NCBI RefSeq assembly: GCF_009914755.1
Contig: NC_060930.1
Strand: one strand, 5' to 3'
Length of the DNA stretch: 64,000 nt
From: the human T2T-CHM13v2.0 reference genome, Homo sapiens
The notes under the pieces are model-generated. The model was not told the DNA's origin, did no database searches, and saw only the letters and a program-made list of their open reading frames with translations. Positions 57,863 through 64,000 of this stretch are shown here, piece by piece; position 1 is the stretch's first letter; the number at the start of each line of letters is the position of its first letter. Both the position numbers and the translations under genes were made by a program.

Positions 57863-58154
57863 AACTGTTCCCAGGAGTTTTTCCTCTACTACTTCTGCTT
57901 GCTTGTCCCATACTCATCCCCAGTGACCTTCCCAGTAGACCTCTAAAGACCCCTTTCAACCTCTGCCTTCACACACTTGGTACCCACTCATTCATCTTGC
58001 CTCACCAGACAACACAAATCACAGGCAAACCTGGGAAGGTATTTTTATTCTCTACATACTCAAAGTGTGAGAATCTCCTATCTGTTCTAATTTGGTTACA
58101 AGGGAAACAGCTCTTCTAGGCCCAGTTAGAACGAAAAGGCTAACGTAATTGTTA

Positions 58155-58265
<111 letters not shown>

Positions 58266-59237
58266 CTATGGGGAAGAAACAAGGTGATAGATGGATGAGT
58301 ATTCTTGGAGGTAGAACAGAACATTACGTTCTGCTCCTTCCAGCATCCATTATAGCTCTACAGCCAAAGTACACTGCTCCTTCTTTTATGATAGGAAAAA
58401 TCATGTAATTGCAGATAAATTTTTTAATCCCAAATCCTATTATACTAATAAAACTATTTTCATTTCTGCATATCATCTTTGGTTTTATCCAAATACTGAT
58501 TTTTAAACATAGCTGACCCCTCCATAGCATCTAGAGACAATTTTACTACTTCTTGTACTCAAATATTCCTCTGTTTCTATATGGTATTCAGAATTTTTTT
58601 TTTTTTTTTTTTTTGAGACATGGTCTTGCTGTGTCACCCAAACTGGAGTACAATGGCGTGATCATGGCTCACTGCAGCCTCGACCTCCCAGGTTCAAGCA
58701 ATCCTCCCAACTCAGCTTCCTGAGTAGCTGGGACCTCAGTTGTGTGCCACCACGTCCGACTAATTTTTTTTTATTTTTTGGAGATACAAGGTTTCCCTGT
58801 GTTTCCCAGGCTGGTCTCAAACTCCTGAGGTCAAGTGATCCTCCCATCCCAGCCTCCCAAAGTTCTGAGATTATAGGCATGCGCCACCACACCTGGCCAA
58901 AATTACCACTTTAAAAGTCTACATAATATTCAATTTACTTGGGACTTCATTGTTTACCTTACCATCCCCCTAATACTGGATGTGCATTCCATTTTCAATT
59001 CTTAGCTCTCATATAACATGGATTATCAGGTCCCCTCTGACAGAGTCTGTATTCCCAGACCTAACCGGGCATGATTCAGGATGACCTTAATAAATGGTTG
59101 TTAAATGAAGAGTAAATCTTTTCAAAATTGTTCATATAGCTTTTCCTCCTCTTATAACATTGGAATAAATTCCAGGAGTAAACTGTTTCAAAGACAAAGG
59201 GAATAAATATTATTGGATAGTCCTTGATAAATGCTAT

Positions 59238-61293
59238 TGCCATGAGATCCTTGGGCTTCTAGCCAGAAGCCTCTGTGGTCATTGATGCCTTTACCCGAGT
59301 TTTGCTCAGGTCCGCTGGGCTCATTCCGCCCACTCAGCCTGGCAGGCTTGTGCTACCAGCGCGGATCCCAAGCCTGCCAAGGGCAAGAAAAGCACAGAGT
59401 GGCAAGGCGTGTGTGAGTGAGTGCGGGGTCCAGCCACTGCACACAGCCAGGCACACCGGTGGCCACTGCACACAGCCAGGCAGAGCAGGTAGCTCCAGGT
59501 GCCAGCATAGTTGCTGGCTCCATGCAAGCCTGCAGCTGGATGAGATGCACTGCAAGCGGCTTCTGCTGTGGGCACCTGCATCTGGACGAGGGGAATGCAG
59601 TGGCACCTGGAAGCTTGGAGATGCCAGAAACCGCAGAGCCCTAAAGGGGGTGTCACAGCACTGGCTCAGGAAGCCCCTAAGTCTGGGCTCCTGGAAGGGC
59701 CGCCGCTCTTCTCTCCTTCTTGTTGCCTGCAACACGGCGAGCAAGGGAGACATATTTCAGCCCTGTTTGTGTTACCGCTCTTTCAGCCCCACCATTTGAC
59801 AGGTCCCAGGTTCTTGTCCTGCATTCAGGAACAATGAGGTATACGGACAACTGGAGCATGAACAAGGTGAAGAGGAGCTTTACTGAGCGACAGTACAGCT
59901 CTCAGGAGACCCAAAGTGGGTTGCTCCTTTCCGCAAGCAGGTCATCCTGACATCTGTGCAGCCCTCAGTGCAGAAAAGACCCAGAGTGGGTACCTCCCAG
60001 ACGCAGGCAGGTCATCCCATCTGCCGGGGTTCGGTAAGGGTGGTGAGAAAAATTGTAGAAAGAAGCAAACCTTCTTAGAAGGCTGGGAAGTTTTACAAAA
60101 GCTTCAGAAAAGGATTTGGCCGAAAGCAGCCAGATTCTCTTATCCGGTGCCTGAAAGCTTAGGTTAGATAACAAGGGGATGTAAAGAAACTGATGTAGAT
60201 AAGTTAGTTTACTTAGGCCTCGGAACCTGGACTTTAATAAATCGAGGCGCAGGACTGCTCTCTCCGGAGATGAGGTGGGGGTGGGGGGGTGATGACCATG
60301 TTAATTACCCACAATGACTCAAGGCCTTTGTCATTAAATCTGTACTAAATAGTTGCCCGCAGCACCAGCTTGTCAGGGCCGAGGCTGCTACAACTCTTTC
60401 TGTAGGCAGTCCACTCCCCTAGCCCGCTCTTTCACTGGATATCTGTGTCGGAGTCCATTTTTTTCATCTATCGCTCGGTCGCAGTCTGCAGTTTGGACCT
60501 GGCACCCATCAAGTCTGTAGCCCTTAGGAGACCCGGAGTAGATAGCTCCTTTCTGCAGCAGGTCGTCTGACCATCTGCCAGAGTGTGAGTCCAGGGTTTG
60601 TATGGGTTTCAAAAGAGAGAAAGTACGTGCTGATTGGTCCACAGGTGGCCACAGGCAGGCCCGGAAAAACCACCGCAAGTTCTTACTCTGGGCCACAGAC
60701 TCCAGCCCGAACTGACAGCTTGGCCCTCAGGCTTCAGGCCATCCCTGGCTTGAAGGTGGGGCTTCGCCAGGGACCCACCCCTTTCCACCCAGGAGCCTCT
60801 CTGCCTCTTATAGCCATCAATCATTTTGTCCACAGCACCCAGGCTGTTGGTGCAAAGGGGCATCTACAGACCTGCACCCAGGTGCTCTCCTCCCCTGCTT
60901 GGCCTCCCTCTCATGCTTCTTGGCACCCAAAGTCCAGAGGGAGCTGAGGCTGCAGGGGGCTAGTGTGTCAGCACCGCCCCAAGTGTGCGCACACCTGACC
61001 AGGTCTCAGTAGAACCCAGGCTCGGCCTCAACTTTGCTCTGAAATTGGAGTGGACACCAGGAGCACAGAGAAGTCAGGCAGCAGGAGCAGGTACTTCCAA
61101 GCTCATGGGCTTCTGGGATGCCCAGGTCTGCAGCTGTGGTTGGGCAACTGCAACTGTGCCTGGGAGGGCAGGGCTCCCGCTTGTTCCCAGCTCCTGCCAG
61201 CTCCATGGAGCACACAGCCCTGACCGCACCTCCCCCACTGCAGCTGGCATCTTCCCAGCAGAGGCTCCAGACAGGCCACCGCTGCCATTATGA
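59238..61293 (-). mobile_element. MER52-family (ERV1) long solo LTR
   Basis: GC-rich; reverse strand starts ..ATGGCAGCGGTGGCCTGTCTGGAGC..CTGCAGTGGGGGAGGTGCGG; internal repeats ggagaccc.gagtgggt.gctcctttc.gca.gcaggtc.tc; ends GGATCTCATGGCA. Confidence 0.8.
60022..60504 (+). mobile_element. Solo LTR, LTR22-type (HERV-K HML-5), nested in MER52
   Basis: TG...CA ends with inverted termini TGCCGGG/CCTGGCA; perfect 6-bp TSD CCCATC (60016-21, 60505-10); gcaaaccttcttagaaggc..aaaagcttc..ttctcttatccgg. Confidence 0.75.
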
Positions 61294-62007
61294 CCATGCT
61301 GTATTCCAATCATAAATCTCTTAACTTTATAATTTTCATAAAGGAAAACACACACCTTCTATGAGTCAGGCACCTTGATCAATGCTTTGTGTTGTCTCAT
61401 TTAAAACTCCTAAACCACACATCACAGACTCAGAGCTGTTAAATGGCTTGCCGTTAAAATGGCGGAACCAAAAGCAGAAATCAGCCCATGCTCTTCCTCC
61501 CAGACCAGGATTACTTTACCCTGCCATCTTATCTCATCTGGAAAATGAGAGTACAGATATCTTTCTGGCAGGAATGGGCATTAATGCATGTAAGACTCCC
61601 AACACAGTATCTGGCATATAACTAGCCCTAAGGAAAAAGTAGGTGTCTTAGGGTGGCAAAATTTTAAGATGGAGAGTTGAAATCAAAAATGTAAGAGGGA
61701 ATCCTGATGCTCAGAGATCTACCTTGCTCAGGGTTACACAATCAGAAGTGGTGTGGCCAAAATTTGAGCCCAAATGACTTCAATGTCTGTGGTCTTTCCA
61801 GAATACCACCTTTCTCAAGGACATCATCAGGCTTAAACATACAAATTTTCCAAAATACAAGGCTACAGGAGCCCTGCTCAGATGGGTCAAATTTTATTAT
61901 GTTTTGTTTTAAAAGAAATCCAATTAGGTTTGGATGTGTGTATGTACATATGTACACAGCAAGGTAAACTGCCAAACAGGGACAGCTTTGAGCCTATTAA
62001 ACTCAGT

Positions 62008-64000
<1,993 letters not shown>

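Noticed and set aside
59275-61355. Overlapping ORFs up to 174 aa on both strands
   Set aside because: Stop-poor, GC-rich MER52 LTR; no gag, pol or env motifs

Overview
Human (primate) genomic DNA, recognisable as 6p21.31, holding two convergent genes. On the + strand are all seven coding exons of KCTD20 (160+274+103+121+198+111+293 = 1260 nt, 419 aa) and a ~4 kb 3'UTR; the non-coding first exon and promoter lie left of the window. On the - strand are the last seven exons of STK38/NDR1 (729 nt, kinase subdomain VII to the C-terminal hydrophobic motif) and a ~1.9 kb 3'UTR. The two poly(A) sites are ~2.75 kb apart. The rest is very Alu-dense and also contains an LTR12 nested in MLT1, a full-length 7SL retrocopy, MLT2 and MST LTRs, a young truncated L1, Tigger4a/MER58/MER5 DNA transposons, and an LTR22-type solo LTR nested in MER52. 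Nearly all entries in the ORF track are Alu or LTR artefacts. I found no evidence of a new multi-gene system. The best leads are: a ~100-bp copy of an STK38 3'UTR segment downstream of the gene that lacks a hairpin-forming piece; a micro-inversion footprint at the centre of an Alu-Alu palindrome; candidate STK38 poison exons and an alternative C-terminus isoform; and an antisense LTR12 pointing back towards the KCTD20 promoter. Repeat boundaries are approximate, and subfamily calls come from recalled consensus sequences, not a database search.
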